Shown here: positions 35,540-46,354 of the stretch, one piece after another
Position numbering within the stretch: position 1 is the first letter of the stretch
How the letters are laid out: each line of letters starts with the position of its first letter
Assembly: GCA_963759765.1 (NCBI GenBank)
Contig: CAVXAL010000002.1
Coordinates: 464,228 to 528,227, forward strand
Length of the DNA: 64,000 nucleotides
Source of the DNA: Candidatus Aminicenantes bacterium
Lineage (GTDB): Bacteria > Acidobacteriota > Aminicenantia > UBA2199
Reading direction: 5' to 3'
Program-made: the position numbers and the translations under genes
Notes under the pieces: model-generated
What the model saw: only the letters and a program-made list of their open reading frames with translations
Database searches by the model: none
What the model was told of the DNA's origin: nothing

Positions 35540-38500
35540 ATGAGAACGGTCCGCCTGATTCTGCTTGTGGGTCTGGCTCTGGCCAGCGGCAGGGCCTCGC
35601 TCTGGTCCAAAGATGTGTTGATCCTTTACGACGGCGTCAAGGAGCGATCGGAAGCTTACATCGACGCCCATTACATCAGCAACTTGCTCGGCCATTTTGC
35701 CATCGGCCGCAAAGAAATCGTTCATCCTTCGCAATATCATCCGCGGCAAGCGGCAACAGCCGACCTGGTCTTTGTCATCTGCAATGAGAACCAACCGCCG
35801 TTGCCTGCGTCGCTGCTAAAAGATTTGCAACGGGCGCGCGGGGACATCGTCTGGCTCAATATCCGGATTGAGACTTTCCTGCGCAACAGCCCGCATGATT
35901 ACGGCATCGCCTGGGATCAGATTGAAAAGCGCCGTGACTGGAAAATTTTTTACAAGGGCATCGATTTTACCAAAGAGGATTCCGCGTTAAACCGGATCCG
36001 GGTGAATGCAGCGGAGCGGGTGCAGATTTTTTCCGAGATTCAGGATGGGCAGGGACACCGCTATCCCTACATATTGAAAACGGGGAATCTCTGGTATGTG
36101 GCCGATTCGCCTTTTTCCTATGCCGAGGAGGGCGGCCGCTATCTGATTTTCGCCGACCTGCTTCACGACATCCTCGGCCAAAGCCATCCCGTTTCCCGCC
36201 ACGCGCTGGTCCGGCTCGAGGATATCACGCCGGATGATGAGCCGGACAAACTGAAGAACGTCATCGATTACCTTTACCGAGAGGGGATACCTTTCCAGAC
36301 GGGGGTGATCCCGATTTACAAGAATCCGAATGAGCAGTACGAGGTTTTCCTTTCGGAAAGCCCCGATATGGTGAAAGCCTTGAAATACGGGGTCGGCCAT
36401 GGCGGAACCATCGTCATGCACGGCGTGACCCATCAGAACCGAGGAGCCAGCGCCGATGATTATGAATTGTGGGACGATATAGCCGGCAAACCGCTGGAAC
36501 ACGAATCGCCCGATTGGCTCAGCCAGCGCCTGCGCGGCGGCCTGACAGAATTTTTCCGCAATGGTCTTTACCCGCTGGCCTGGGAAACGCCGCATTACGC
36601 CGCTTCCTATGAGGATTACCGACTGATCGGAAAATATTTTGATACCTTTTATGAACGGGTGATGGCCACCTCGTTTGAAGGATCGGAACAACTTTTTCCC
36701 TACCCGGTCCGGTTGAGCGATATCGGCATTTCCGTTGTGCCAGAAAACTGCGGTTTTGTGGACAGCAACCATCCCGATCCCCAGGCCGTCATCGCCACGG
36801 CCCGGCGCATGCTCTGCGTCCGCGACGGCGTGGCTTCCTTCTTCTATCATCCCTTCCTGCCGGTTAGCTATTTGAAAACCATCGTGGAAGGGTTCCAGGC
36901 ATTGGGGTGGAAGTTCATTTCGTTGAAGGATTTTAAATGCAACTTGCGGACCGGTGCGCAGTGGGTAACCAGCACCGGCGGCAGCGGCAAAGTGACGCTG
37001 AGCCGTCAGTATTTACACGAACTGGTGCAGGACCGCAAGGGGAAGATCAAGAAGGAGAGCTTTTCCGATAGCCGCAGGACCCAGGTGGTCAACAAGATTG
37101 TCAATTTGAGCGACGGCTCTCTTTACGTGCTGGAGGCGCTGGATCTGCTGCCGCTGCGGCAAAAGACCATTTTCCAGACTGCCGGTAGTTGGCTGCATGG
37201 CTTGCTGGCCAGCAAAAAGGAGAAAACCGGCATCAGCTTTTCCCGCTCCCTGATCATCATGAGCCGGAACGTTTCTCCAGAGGAGGAGGCTGACCAGAAA
37301 AGCTTCCTGTCGGTATTGACCATTTTTGGCTTCAATCCAATAACCTATTACCTGGGAACGGAGAAACGGTTCTCGTTGGACGGCATTACGTTTTTGGCTG
37401 TACCCTTCGGAGCGGCCAAACGGCTGATGGACATCGAGGTCAGCACGATTCTTGATTTCGTCGAAAAAGGTGGGCAACTGCTGACCGACGGCCAGACCTC
37501 CTTGAGCCGGAGATTGGGCCTGCAGTTTTCCGAACGCCGGGTAGAGGTGTCGGAGGTCCGCGATCTGTCCGCTCCCATGCGCTTGATCAACTGGAAGCCG
37601 CCGGCGCAGCTGAATCCCTTTGCCCTGGAAGGTGCGACGGTGCAGTGCCGGGATACCGTTGAGGACCTGCCACTGGCGGTGAGTTTTCCTTTCGGCCAGG
37701 GGAAGGTTCTGTTTCTTGGGGCCCTTTTTGACCCCTATACTCCCTATGGCAGTAGCCGTTACCCGTATTTGCCTTATTACTTGAAAGAGTCCCTCGACGT
37801 GCCTTTTATCGTCCACCGCAACAGTCTCGAATTCTACTTTGATCCCGGTTTGCGGCAGACGGTCAGCTGGGAAAACTTGGTGCGCCGCTGGAAGTTGAGC
37901 GGCGTCAAAATCGTCTATCTGGCAGCCTGGCATTTCTATCCCGCACCTTCCAATTATCGTTTCAATTATGCCTATTTCATCTCACTCTGTCATAGCCTGG
38001 GCATTGCCGTTTATGCCTGGTTCGAGTTCCCCTATGTGACACCGCAGCTTTGGCAGGAACATCCCGAATGGCGGGAGAAGAACGCCAACTTGGCTGACAG
38101 CCAACCCAGTTGGCGGTTGCCGTTAAATCTTTTTCAACCCCAGGCCCGCCAAGCGGTGACAGAGTTCCTCTGGAAATTGTTGGGCGAACTGGATTGGGAC
38201 GGGGTCAACTTGGCCGAGTTGCATTTCGAAACCGACGAGGGCCTGCGCAATCCCGGCCGTTTTACCCCGCTCAACGACGAGGTACGCCAACGCTTCAAGA
38301 GCCAGCAGAAATTTGATCCGCTGCTGTTGTTTAAGCCGGGGTCCTCGTTTTTTTGGCAGAGGAATTCTCGGGCGCTGAAACAATTTTTAACTTTCCGCAC
38401 CGAGCTGACCCGCCAGTTGCACATTTACTTTTTGACCGAGATTGAGAAGATCAAGGCGGCCAAGAAGAAGGAAATGGAAGTCATTGTAACCGCCATGGAC

Positions 38501-39412
38501 TCCCTGCTCCATCCCGAGATTATCGAGGAATGCGGGATCAATACGCTGGACATCGTCCAGCTGATGGAGCGGTTTTCGTTCACCCTGCAGGTGGAAGACC
38601 CGGCGCGCAGCTGGGCCGATCCGCCCTCCCGCTATGCCGTTTACTATCAGGCATACAAACCGTATATCAAAGACAGTCAGCGCCTGATGTTTGACATCAA
38701 CGTGGTGCCTCGCGATAAAGTGGAGTCCACCCACTTGCCCTCAGCGCTGGCCGTGGGCAGCGAACTGGCCACCACCCTGTTTTATGCGGCCGCCCCCTCT
38801 GGGCGCGCGGGCATTTATTCGGAATACACGGTCAATCCCTTCGATATGGACCTGTTGCCCTACGTGATGGGGTCGGATGTGCAATGGCGAGAGCAGGACA
38901 ACGGTTTTGCCATCCGCTCCAAGCAACCCATCACCCTGGCATTCAACAATCCGGAGTATGTCCCCTTTTTGGATGGGCAGATGTGGCCTTTTTTTGGCCC
39001 GCGCGGGATTTCCCTGCCCTCGGGCGAACACCGCCTGGTGTTGAAAAAATCTCGTTTTTTTGACCTTTCCGGCATGGCCACGCGCCTCGGCTTTGATGGC
39101 GATATGTTCGATTTGTCCTTGGAAAGCAACGCCTACAGCCTGCGCTACCTTTCGCCAACCCCGGTGGCCCTGACCTTCACCAAGCCTTTGGAGCAGGTCC
39201 GGGTCGATGCCCAGCCTTTGGATATACCGGGAGGCGGCGGCAGCCTGATCTTGCCCCGCGGCGAGCACCGCTTGGAAATTTACTTGGAAAGCCCGCCCTC
39301 GTACATGGTCGATGTGGTGGGGTATCTCTCTTCCAAGCTCTTTCTGGTTCTGGGCCTGTTTTCGGTTTCCCTGTTGCTGCTGATGTACTTTTATTCACGG
39401 TCTCGACGATGA
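35540..39412 (+). CDS. about 1290-aa fusion protein: DUF2334 polysaccharide-deacetylase-like domain, central region, glycoside-hydrolase-like TIM-barrel region, C-terminal TM anchor
   Basis: Start moved to ATG 35540 (signal peptide MRTVRLILLVGLALASG). DUF2334-like block LVRLEDITPDDEPDKLKNVIDYLYREGIPFQTGVIPIY...GTIVMHGVTHQ. GH-like block VKIVYLAAWHFY...IAVYAWFEFPYV...HPEWREKN...DWDGVNLAELHFE. C-terminal TM LFLVLGLFSVSLLLLMYFY. Confidence 0.65.
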   Translation: MRTVRLILLVGLALASGRASLWSKDVLILYDGVKERSEAYIDAHYISNLLGHFAIGRKEIVHPSQYHPRQAATADLVFVICNENQPPLPASLLKDLQRARGDIVWLNIRIETFLRNSPHDYGIAWDQIEKRRDWKIFYKGIDFTKEDSALNRIRVNAAERVQIFSEIQDGQGHRYPYILKTGNLWYVADSPFSYAEEGGRYLIFADLLHDILGQSHPVSRHALVRLEDITPDDEPDKLKNVIDYLYREGIPFQTGVIPIYKNPNEQYEVFLSESPDMVKALKYGVGHGGTIVMHGVTHQNRGASADDYELWDDIAGKPLEHESPDWLSQRLRGGLTEFFRNGLYPLAWETPHYAASYEDYRLIGKYFDTFYERVMATSFEGSEQLFPYPVRLSDIGISVVPENCGFVDSNHPDPQAVIATARRMLCVRDGVASFFYHPFLPVSYLKTIVEGFQALGWKFISLKDFKCNLRTGAQWVTSTGGSGKVTLSRQYLHELVQDRKGKIKKESFSDSRRTQVVNKIVNLSDGSLYVLEALDLLPLRQKTIFQTAGSWLHGLLASKKEKTGISFSRSLIIMSRNVSPEEEADQKSFLSVLTIFGFNPITYYLGTEKRFSLDGITFLAVPFGAAKRLMDIEVSTILDFVEKGGQLLTDGQTSLSRRLGLQFSERRVEVSEVRDLSAPMRLINWKPPAQLNPFALEGATVQCRDTVEDLPLAVSFPFGQGKVLFLGALFDPYTPYGSSRYPYLPYYLKESLDVPFIVHRNSLEFYFDPGLRQTVSWENLVRRWKLSGVKIVYLAAWHFYPAPSNYRFNYAYFISLCHSLGIAVYAWFEFPYVTPQLWQEHPEWREKNANLADSQPSWRLPLNLFQPQARQAVTEFLWKLLGELDWDGVNLAELHFETDEGLRNPGRFTPLNDEVRQRFKSQQKFDPLLLFKPGSSFFWQRNSRALKQFLTFRTELTRQLHIYFLTEIEKIKAAKKKEMEVIVTAMDSLLHPEIIEECGINTLDIVQLMERFSFTLQVEDPARSWADPPSRYAVYYQAYKPYIKDSQRLMFDINVVPRDKVESTHLPSALAVGSELATTLFYAAAPSGRAGIYSEYTVNPFDMDLLPYVMGSDVQWREQDNGFAIRSKQPITLAFNNPEYVPFLDGQMWPFFGPRGISLPSGEHRLVLKKSRFFDLSGMATRLGFDGDMFDLSLESNAYSLRYLSPTPVALTFTKPLEQVRVDAQPLDIPGGGGSLILPRGEHRLEIYLESPPSYMVDVVGYLSSKLFLVLGLFSVSLLLLMYFYSRSRR

Positions 39413-40689
39413 CCTCTTTGCTCCACTTTTTGGTCAACGCCCTGTTTGTGTTTTCAGTGGTGTTCATCTGGCTGATGTTGCTCTACCAGTTTGTCTTGTG
39501 CATTGGAGGCTTTTTGTGGCACCAGCAGGCGGGGCGCGGGCAAAAAACCTCGGTTGGAAACGATTGCCTGCCCCGGGTCTCCATCCTCATTCCGGCGCAC
39601 AACGAAGAAAAGGTCATTGAGCTCGCCGTGACTCGGATGTGCGAATTGCATTATCCGAAAGACAAATTGGAAATTCTGGTCATCAATGACGGCAGCAGCG
39701 ACCGGACGGGAGAGATCCTGACGCGGCTGATGGCCGCCGATGCGCGCGTTCGGGTACTGGATGTGCCCCGGGAGCGGGGCGGCCGTGGGAAAAGCGCCGC
39801 GCTGAATCTGGCCTTGGCCCAGGCGCGATTCGAGGCCCTGGCCGTGTATGACGCCGACAACATCCCCGAAAAAGATTCCCTGTTGCTGCTGGCGCGGGCG
39901 CTGCTGAGTGATCGGCGGCTGGCCGCGGTGACGGGAAAATTCCGGGCGTACAACAAAAGCCGCAGCCTGCTCACCCGTTTGGTCAACCTGGAGTCGATCG
40001 CTTTCCAGTGGATTGTCCAGGCGGGTCGCTGGTTTTTTCTCCGTATTTCGGCCCTGCCCGGCACCAATTTTATCATCTGGAAGCGGGTGGTGGAGGAGTG
40101 CGGGGGCTGGGACGAAGCGGCGCTGACCGAAGATACCGAGCTTACCTTCCGCCTCTATGAACGGGGCTTCCGCATTCAATTCCTGCCCACGGCGACCACC
40201 TGGGAACAGGAGCCCGAGAACCTTTCCGATTGGATGCGGCAGCGCACCCGCTGGGCGAGGGGGAACAATTACATCATTGCCAAATACGGCAGAACTGTTT
40301 TTAAAAAGAAACCCACCGCCGGCCTCCTGGAGCTGTTGAACTTGTTTTATCTCTACTATTTTTTTATTTTCGCCATCCTCGTTTCCGATGTGCTGTTTCT
40401 CCTTTCCTTGATTGGCGTGGCCCATATCCGGCTTGCCGGCCCCTATGCCGAGTTATGGGGGCTGGCCTTTTTGCTTTTTCTGCTGGAGTTGCTGGTGGCA
40501 CTCTCCTTTGAAAAAGAAGACAACCTGCTCAATCTGGGAGTCGGACTGCTGGCCTATGTCACTTATACCAAGTTGTGGGTGCTGGTGGTGTTGAGGGCCC
40601 TCTATCTTGATTACGTCAAGAAGAGCTCCCGGAGTTGGAGTAAGACCGAACGGTACGAGACGGGCAAGCCGACAGGACCTTCCGTATAA
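39409..40689 (+). CDS. family-2 glycosyltransferase, processive synthase type (PgaC/IcaA/cellulose-synthase-like)
   Basis: VSILIPAHNEE...LVINDGSSDRT...AVYDADN...TEDTELTFRL...QRTRWARG (the D,D,D,QxxRW signature), flanked by TM helices. ATGA overlap with the upstream gene. Confidence 0.85.
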   Translation: MTSLLHFLVNALFVFSVVFIWLMLLYQFVLCIGGFLWHQQAGRGQKTSVGNDCLPRVSILIPAHNEEKVIELAVTRMCELHYPKDKLEILVINDGSSDRTGEILTRLMAADARVRVLDVPRERGGRGKSAALNLALAQARFEALAVYDADNIPEKDSLLLLARALLSDRRLAAVTGKFRAYNKSRSLLTRLVNLESIAFQWIVQAGRWFFLRISALPGTNFIIWKRVVEECGGWDEAALTEDTELTFRLYERGFRIQFLPTATTWEQEPENLSDWMRQRTRWARGNNYIIAKYGRTVFKKKPTAGLLELLNLFYLYYFFIFAILVSDVLFLLSLIGVAHIRLAGPYAELWGLAFLLFLLELLVALSFEKEDNLLNLGVGLLAYVTYTKLWVLVVLRALYLDYVKKSSRSWSKTERYETGKPTGPSV

Positions 40690-40707
40690 ACGTTTATTTC
40701 TTAACGC

Positions 40708-40736
40708 TTTACCCAGCCAACGGATTCGGTTATAAT
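40708..40736 (+). promoter_or_regulatory. sigma70-type promoter TTTACC-N17-TATAAT
   Basis: Read directly, 27 nt upstream of ATG 40763. Confidence 0.5.
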
Positions 40737-40762
40737 GAGTGTTCAGTCGTTGTAGGAATCCA

Positions 40763-41740
40763 ATGAAACCGAAAAGTGACCCGACTATTCTGGATGCCAT
40801 CGGCCACACGCCGCTGGTTAAACTCACGCGCATCACCGCCGCGCTCAAGTGCGAGGTGTTCGCCAAGCTGGAATTTCTGAACCCCATGGGCAGCATCAAG
40901 GACCGCATCGCCCGCTACATGATCGAGAAGGCCGAACGGGATGGCCGCCTGAAACCGGGCGGCCTGATCATTGAGAATTCCTCCGGCAACACCGCTCTGG
41001 GCCTGGCTCTGATCGCCATTCAGAAAGGCTATCGCCTGAAGGTCATTGTGCGCGACAGCATCAGTCGTGAAAAGCTGAACCAGCTCAAAGCCTTGGGCGT
41101 GGACATCCACCCGGTTGACGCCAACCTGCCGCCCGAATCCCCTGACAGCTACAACAACATCACTCCCAGGCTGGCCCGGGAAATCCCCGGCGCTTATTTT
41201 CCCGACCAGCACAACAACCGGGAAAACAACGAAGCCCATTACCGCACCACCGGTCCGGAAATCTGGAAACAGATGGCAGGCCGGATCGATTATTTTGTGG
41301 CCGGCATCGGTACCGGTGGCACCATCGGCGGGGTTGGCCGCTTTCTGAAGGAACAGGACCCGCGCATCCGGATCATCGCGGTGGATCCGGAGGGATCGGT
41401 GTTCTACGACTATTTCCATTCCGGACGCAAGGTCAAGCCCAGCCGTTATCTGCTCGAGGGGTTGGGCGACGAATTTCTTATCGGTTGCGCCGACTTGGAG
41501 GTTGTCGATGACATGATCCGGGTCAGCGACCGCGAGGCCTTTCGGGTGACCCGCGAGCTGGTTCTTCGGGAAGGAATCATGGCCGGGGGTTCCAGCGGCG
41601 CCGCCCTCTGGGGGGTTTTCAAACTGGCCGAAACCCTGAAGAAGCCGGCGCGGGTGGTGACGGTATTCCCCGACAGCGCTTCGCGCTACCTGAGCACCAT
41701 CTTCAACGACCAGTGGCTGAAAGAACGCCAGTTGCTGTAG
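40763..41740 (+). CDS. PLP-dependent cysteine synthase / cystathionine beta-synthase family enzyme
   Basis: IGHTPLVKL...KLEFLNPMGSIKDRIA (PLP lysine), ENSSGNTALGLA, GIGTGGTIGGVGRFLKE. Confidence 0.85.
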   Translation: MKPKSDPTILDAIGHTPLVKLTRITAALKCEVFAKLEFLNPMGSIKDRIARYMIEKAERDGRLKPGGLIIENSSGNTALGLALIAIQKGYRLKVIVRDSISREKLNQLKALGVDIHPVDANLPPESPDSYNNITPRLAREIPGAYFPDQHNNRENNEAHYRTTGPEIWKQMAGRIDYFVAGIGTGGTIGGVGRFLKEQDPRIRIIAVDPEGSVFYDYFHSGRKVKPSRYLLEGLGDEFLIGCADLEVVDDMIRVSDREAFRVTRELVLREGIMAGGSSGAALWGVFKLAETLKKPARVVTVFPDSASRYLSTIFNDQWLKERQLL

Positions 41741-41805
41741 TTCCGGACGCGCGCTGAACCTTTTTCCTCTGTTTTACGTATCACTTTTACTTATGGAGGA
41801 TTCTG

Positions 41806-43356
41806 ATGAAAAAGACCGCATGGGCCATTTTGATCTTGTTTGCCCTGAGTTGGCTTGCGACCGCTGCCGACACCCAGGAAATCCAACCCCTGTCGCTGGA
41901 AGATGCGATCGTCAAGGCGTTGAAAAACAATCTCGATTTGCAGATCGCCATGGCCAATCCCGACATATCCCAGCAGCTGCTCAGCAAGAGCCGGTCGCTT
42001 TTCGTCCCCCAGCTGACACTGAACTATAGACGGAACCAGACCAACCAGCCCACCACCAGCGCCATCGAAGGCGGGACTGTGGTCACCAACAAGCTGGATT
42101 CGCTGAACCTCGCCTTGTCGCAAAAAATAGCGCTGGGCGGCACGTTGCAGGTCCAATTCGCCAATTCCCGCACCTTCAACACGTCGCTTTTCTCCAGCTA
42201 CAATCCCTATTACAATTCGGGTTTAAATTTCAGCCTGACTCAGCCCTTGCTCAAGAATTTCGGGACATCCGTAACCAAATACAACATTTATGTGGCCATC
42301 AACAACGAACAGCAATCGGTCTTCGCCCTGCGCCAAAACATCATCGACCTCATTTACTCGGTGGAACAGGCGTACTGGGACCTGGTGTATGCTTACCAGA
42401 ACCTCGGTGTGCAGCAGAAGTCGGTGCAGTTGGCTCGCGACCTGCTCAAGCAGAACGAGGCGCAGGTCAGAGTTGGCGTGTCGGCGCCCATGGACATTCT
42501 CACCGCCCAGGCCGAGGTGGCCGCGCGGGAGAGCGATCTGCTCAGTGCCCAGAACACGGTTGAGATAATGGATAAAAATCTCCGCGTCATCCTGAATCTC
42601 AATGAGCTCAAAGCCAAGCTCAATCCCACGGACATGCCGATCTTCAGGGCGGTGGAAACCGACTTTAACGGCTTCCTGCTGGAAGCTCTGGACAAGCGCC
42701 CCGATATCCAGCAGGTGCGCCTGGACCTGAAAAACAAAAACCTGGGGGTCCGTTATACTCGCAACCAGCTCCTTCCCCAACTGGATCTGACCGCCCAGTA
42801 CTACACCTCGGGCATCAGCGGCGACAAGTTGATCTTCAACGGCAATCCGCTTTTCGGCGGCACCGTGATCGGCGTGATCAAGGGCGACATCGGGCAGGCG
42901 ATGAAGGACGTGTTGGCCAGCGTTTATCGCAACTACACGCTGGCGCTGCAGCTTTCGGTCCCGCTGAAAAACGACTCGGCACGCGCCGATTACGCGCAAG
43001 CGCAGTTAGCCCTCAAACAGAGTCTGCTGCAGCTGAAAAAGACAGAGAGCACCATCTTTTCCGATGTGAAGCAGATCGTCACCGACTTGGAATACAGCAA
43101 AAAGCAGGTCGAGGCCACCCGCATCTCGCGGGAGTTGCAGGAGCAGAAGCTGCAGGCCGAGCAGAAAAAGCTGGCGGTCGGCCTATCGACCAATTATTTG
43201 GTGTTGCAATACCAGCGCGATTTTGCTACCGCGCAAGTCGCCGAGCTGAACGCGATCATTATCAACAACCTGGCATTCTCGCGCTTGAGCAAGGTGCTGG
43301 GCACCACCCTGGAAAAACATCAGATCGAATTCAGCAACTTTTTACCGCAGCGATAG
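41806..43356 (+). CDS. TolC-family outer-membrane channel
   Basis: Signal peptide, then two tandem OEP repeats ([20 protein letters not shown]...; [39 protein letters not shown]...). No adjacent pump partner in the window. Confidence 0.8.
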   Translation: MKKTAWAILILFALSWLATAADTQEIQPLSLEDAIVKALKNNLDLQIAMANPDISQQLLSKSRSLFVPQLTLNYRRNQTNQPTTSAIEGGTVVTNKLDSLNLALSQKIALGGTLQVQFANSRTFNTSLFSSYNPYYNSGLNFSLTQPLLKNFGTSVTKYNIYVAINNEQQSVFALRQNIIDLIYSVEQAYWDLVYAYQNLGVQQKSVQLARDLLKQNEAQVRVGVSAPMDILTAQAEVAARESDLLSAQNTVEIMDKNLRVILNLNELKAKLNPTDMPIFRAVETDFNGFLLEALDKRPDIQQVRLDLKNKNLGVRYTRNQLLPQLDLTAQYYTSGISGDKLIFNGNPLFGGTVIGVIKGDIGQAMKDVLASVYRNYTLALQLSVPLKNDSARADYAQAQLALKQSLLQLKKTESTIFSDVKQIVTDLEYSKKQVEATRISRELQEQKLQAEQKKLAVGLSTNYLVLQYQRDFATAQVAELNAIIINNLAFSRLSKVLGTTLEKHQIEFSNFLPQR

Positions 43357-43371
43357 GCCGCCGACCCTTTA

Positions 43372-43400
43372 TTTACATCTGCAACCCAATCTGGTATAAT
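43372..43400 (+). promoter_or_regulatory. sigma70-type promoter TTTACA-N17-TATAAT
   Basis: Read directly upstream of rpsO (GTG 43437, RBS GAGGAGG). Confidence 0.55.
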
Positions 43401-43436
43401 GAAAAGTGGCAAAACCATACCCATGAGGAGGATAGT

Positions 43437-43706
43437 GTGAGCATTGGCAAGGAGACCAAGCAGAAGCTGATCGGGCGCTTTCAAAAAACCAATAAAGACA
43501 CCGGTTCGTCGGAAGTCCAAATTGCCGTTTTGACTGAAAGAATAAAAAACCTGTCCGACCATTTTAAAACCCACCCCAAGGACAACCATTCGCGTCGGGG
43601 GCTGCTGGCCATGGTCATGAAGCGCAAAAAGCTGCTCAACTACCTGCGCCGCAGCGATTTTGACAAGTACAGCAAGCTGATTCACGATCTGGAAATTCGC
43701 AAGTAA
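43437..43706 (+). CDS. rpsO: 30S ribosomal protein S15
   Basis: 89 aa. [48 protein letters not shown]. Confidence 0.95.
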   Translation: MSIGKETKQKLIGRFQKTNKDTGSSEVQIAVLTERIKNLSDHFKTHPKDNHSRRGLLAMVMKRKKLLNYLRRSDFDKYSKLIHDLEIRK

Positions 43707-43722
43707 CCATTAGGAGAGTTCG

Positions 43723-45816
43723 ATGCAAAAGACCATAGAAATACAGGTGGGTGGGTATCCACTCCGAATCGAGACCCACCGCTGGGCCAAACAGTCCAAC
43801 GGTTCGGCGGTGATCAGTTACAAAGACAACATCATCCTGGTCGCTGCCAACATGAGGGAAGAAGCCAAGGAGGGCCAGGATTTTCTGCCCTTGATGGTCG
43901 ATTTCCGGGAAAACACCTACGCGGCCGGCAAGATCCCGGGTGGGTTTTTCAAACGGGAAGGGAAGCCTTCGGAAAAGGAGGTGCTGCTCTCCCGGCTGAT
44001 CGACCGTCCCATCCGTCCCCTGTTCACCAAAAATTTCAACCACGACACTCAGATCATCGCCATGCTGCTGTCAGCCGATTTCAGCATCGATTACGATTCA
44101 CTGGGCATCATCGGCGCCTCGGCCGCTTTGCTCTCCTCGACCATCCCTTTCACCCTGCCCGTGGGAGCTGTCAAGGTTGGTTGGAAAAACGGCGAATTCG
44201 TCGTTAACCCGGGCCTTGATTCACTCAAAGAGATGCAGATGGTTTTGCAGGTGGCCGGTACCGAAAACGACGTGGTGATGCTCGAAGCCGGCGGTATGGA
44301 ATTTAGTGAAGAAGTCGCTCTGGAGGGGTTGAAGCTGGCCAAGGAGAACATCGCCCGCATCTGCCAGGCGCAGAAGGAACTGCTCAACCCGGACAAGATC
44401 GCGGTGCCGAACAATTCGGAATTCCTCGCCCTCGTCGCCGAGATCAAGGCCACCAGCCAAGACCGTTTCCGCGACGCCGTTTTCACCAAGGATCGCAACG
44501 AGCGAGACCGGAAACTGAAGGCCATTGAAGAGGAACTGCTGGCCGGAAAAGAGGACGAGGCGGAAATCGCCTTGCGCAAAAACGCTTTCCACCAGGTGGA
44601 AGCAGAGGTATTCCGCCAGACCCTGCTGGCCGAACGGCGGCGGACCGATGCCCGGGCTCTGGACGAGATCCGGCCGATCACCATCGAGCTCGGCGTTCTG
44701 CCCCGCGTCCACGGCTCGGCAGTCTTCACCCGCGGCGAGACCCAGGCCTTGGCCACGATCACCCTCGGATCCGAGGATGACGCCCAGAGGCTGGACCTGC
44801 TCAGCAACGGCGACGAACCGTTCAAACGCTTCATTCTCCATTACAATTTCCCGCCCTTCTCTGTCGGTGAAGTGAGCTTCATGCGCGGCGCCGGCCGGCG
44901 CGAGATCGGCCACGGCAACCTGGCCGAGAAATCCCTGAGCCGCGTCATTCCGGATAAGGATCAATTCCCCTACACCATCCGTGTGGTTTCTGACATCCTG
45001 GAATCGAACGGCTCGTCCTCGATGGCCTCGGTCTGCGGCGGCACCTTGGCCCTGATGAACGCCGGCGTGCCCATCCGGGCACCGGTGGCCGGTATCGCCA
45101 TGGGCCTGGTCAAGGAGGGCGAGGATTTTGTCGTGCTGACCGACATCGCCGGCTACGAGGACCATTTCGGCGACATGGATTTCAAAGTGGCCGGAACCGA
45201 GAAAGGCATCACCGCCCTCCAGCTGGACATTAAAATTCGGGGCTTGAACGACGCGGTGGTTCAGCAGACGCTGGCCAAAGCCAAGCAGGCCCGCCTCTTC
45301 ATCCTGGAGAAGATGAAAGCGGCCATCCCGGCCCCGTCGGCCACACTGTCCGAATACGCGCCGGTCATCAGCAGCATCCAGATCGGCACCGATAAGATCC
45401 GGGACATCATCGGTCCAGGCGGTAAGACCATCAATGAGCTGACCTCGACTTATAAAGTCAAAATTAATGTCGACCCCGACGGCAAGGTATCCATCGCCGC
45501 GCCCAACAAGGACGTGGGCGACCAGGTCATTGAGAAGATCAAAGAACTGACCGGAGCGGTGGACATGGATAAGATTTATCACGGCAAGATCACGCGCATC
45601 GAGGAGTACGGATTGTTCGTCGAACTCACTCCCGGAGCTACTGGGTTGGTGCACATTTCCGAAATCGCCCACCACCGCGTGCAGAATCTTCGCAGCATGT
45701 TCCGCTTGGGTGAAATCATCGATGTCAAGGTCATCGGTTTCGACAAAGACGGCAAAATCAAGTGCAGCAAAAAAGCCGCCGAGCCCCCGCCCCATGGCCG
45801 GCCCAGTCCCCACTAA
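43723..45816 (+). CDS. pnp: polyribonucleotide nucleotidyltransferase (PNPase)
   Basis: 697 aa with two RNase PH domains, KH (GPGGKTINEL) and S1 (GKITRIEEYGLFVEL...GLVHISE). Conserved rpsO-pnp synteny. Confidence 0.95.
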   Translation: MQKTIEIQVGGYPLRIETHRWAKQSNGSAVISYKDNIILVAANMREEAKEGQDFLPLMVDFRENTYAAGKIPGGFFKREGKPSEKEVLLSRLIDRPIRPLFTKNFNHDTQIIAMLLSADFSIDYDSLGIIGASAALLSSTIPFTLPVGAVKVGWKNGEFVVNPGLDSLKEMQMVLQVAGTENDVVMLEAGGMEFSEEVALEGLKLAKENIARICQAQKELLNPDKIAVPNNSEFLALVAEIKATSQDRFRDAVFTKDRNERDRKLKAIEEELLAGKEDEAEIALRKNAFHQVEAEVFRQTLLAERRRTDARALDEIRPITIELGVLPRVHGSAVFTRGETQALATITLGSEDDAQRLDLLSNGDEPFKRFILHYNFPPFSVGEVSFMRGAGRREIGHGNLAEKSLSRVIPDKDQFPYTIRVVSDILESNGSSSMASVCGGTLALMNAGVPIRAPVAGIAMGLVKEGEDFVVLTDIAGYEDHFGDMDFKVAGTEKGITALQLDIKIRGLNDAVVQQTLAKAKQARLFILEKMKAAIPAPSATLSEYAPVISSIQIGTDKIRDIIGPGGKTINELTSTYKVKINVDPDGKVSIAAPNKDVGDQVIEKIKELTGAVDMDKIYHGKITRIEEYGLFVELTPGATGLVHISEIAHHRVQNLRSMFRLGEIIDVKVIGFDKDGKIKCSKKAAEPPPHGRPSPH

Positions 45817-46273
45817 ATCTCGGCGTGGATTCACCCTGATCGAGCTGATCACCGTCACGGTGATCATTGCCATTTTGGCGGCGCTGGCCATGCCCCTGGC
45901 AGAGAACGCCATCCGCCGCGAGCGAGAAATCGAGTTGCACCGGGCCCTGCGCCAGTTGCGCACAGCCATTGACGACTACAAGAAGTTTGTCGAAGAGAAT
46001 AAAATCAAGGTCGGCGAGGACACCTACGGATATCCGGAAAAGTTGGAAGACCTGATCCGGGGCATCGAGTACAAGACCAAAGACAACAAGACCCGGATAG
46101 CCAAGTTCCTGCGCCGCATTCCCCTCGACCCGCTGACCCGCTCCACCGACTGGGGGCTGCGCTCCTACCAGGACAAGCGCGACGCCAGCCATTGGGGTGG
46201 CGAAAATGTCTGGGATGTCTACTGCCGTTCGGATCAGCGGGCACTGGACGGCACCCGTTACCGGGACTGGTGA
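45794..46273 (+). CDS. type II secretion GspG-like pseudopilin
   Basis: The internal ATG gives MAGPVPTKSRRGFTLIELITVTVIIAILAALAMP, the prepilin methylation motif. Overlaps the pnp end by 23 nt. Confidence 0.7.
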   Translation: MAGPVPTKSRRGFTLIELITVTVIIAILAALAMPLAENAIRREREIELHRALRQLRTAIDDYKKFVEENKIKVGEDTYGYPEKLEDLIRGIEYKTKDNKTRIAKFLRRIPLDPLTRSTDWGLRSYQDKRDASHWGGENVWDVYCRSDQRALDGTRYRDW

Positions 46274-46311
46274 GCCCGGTCTGAGCGCTCGTTTCGGCCC
46301 CTTTTATTCTA

Positions 46312-46339
46312 TTGACAATTCGCTTTTTTCCCATATAAT
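46312..46339 (+). promoter_or_regulatory. sigma70-type promoter TTGACA-N16-TATAAT
   Basis: Read directly, 15 nt upstream of ATG 46355, the first gene of the Mrp-Mbh cluster. Confidence 0.6.
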
Positions 46340-46354
46340 GATTTCCTTCAAATT

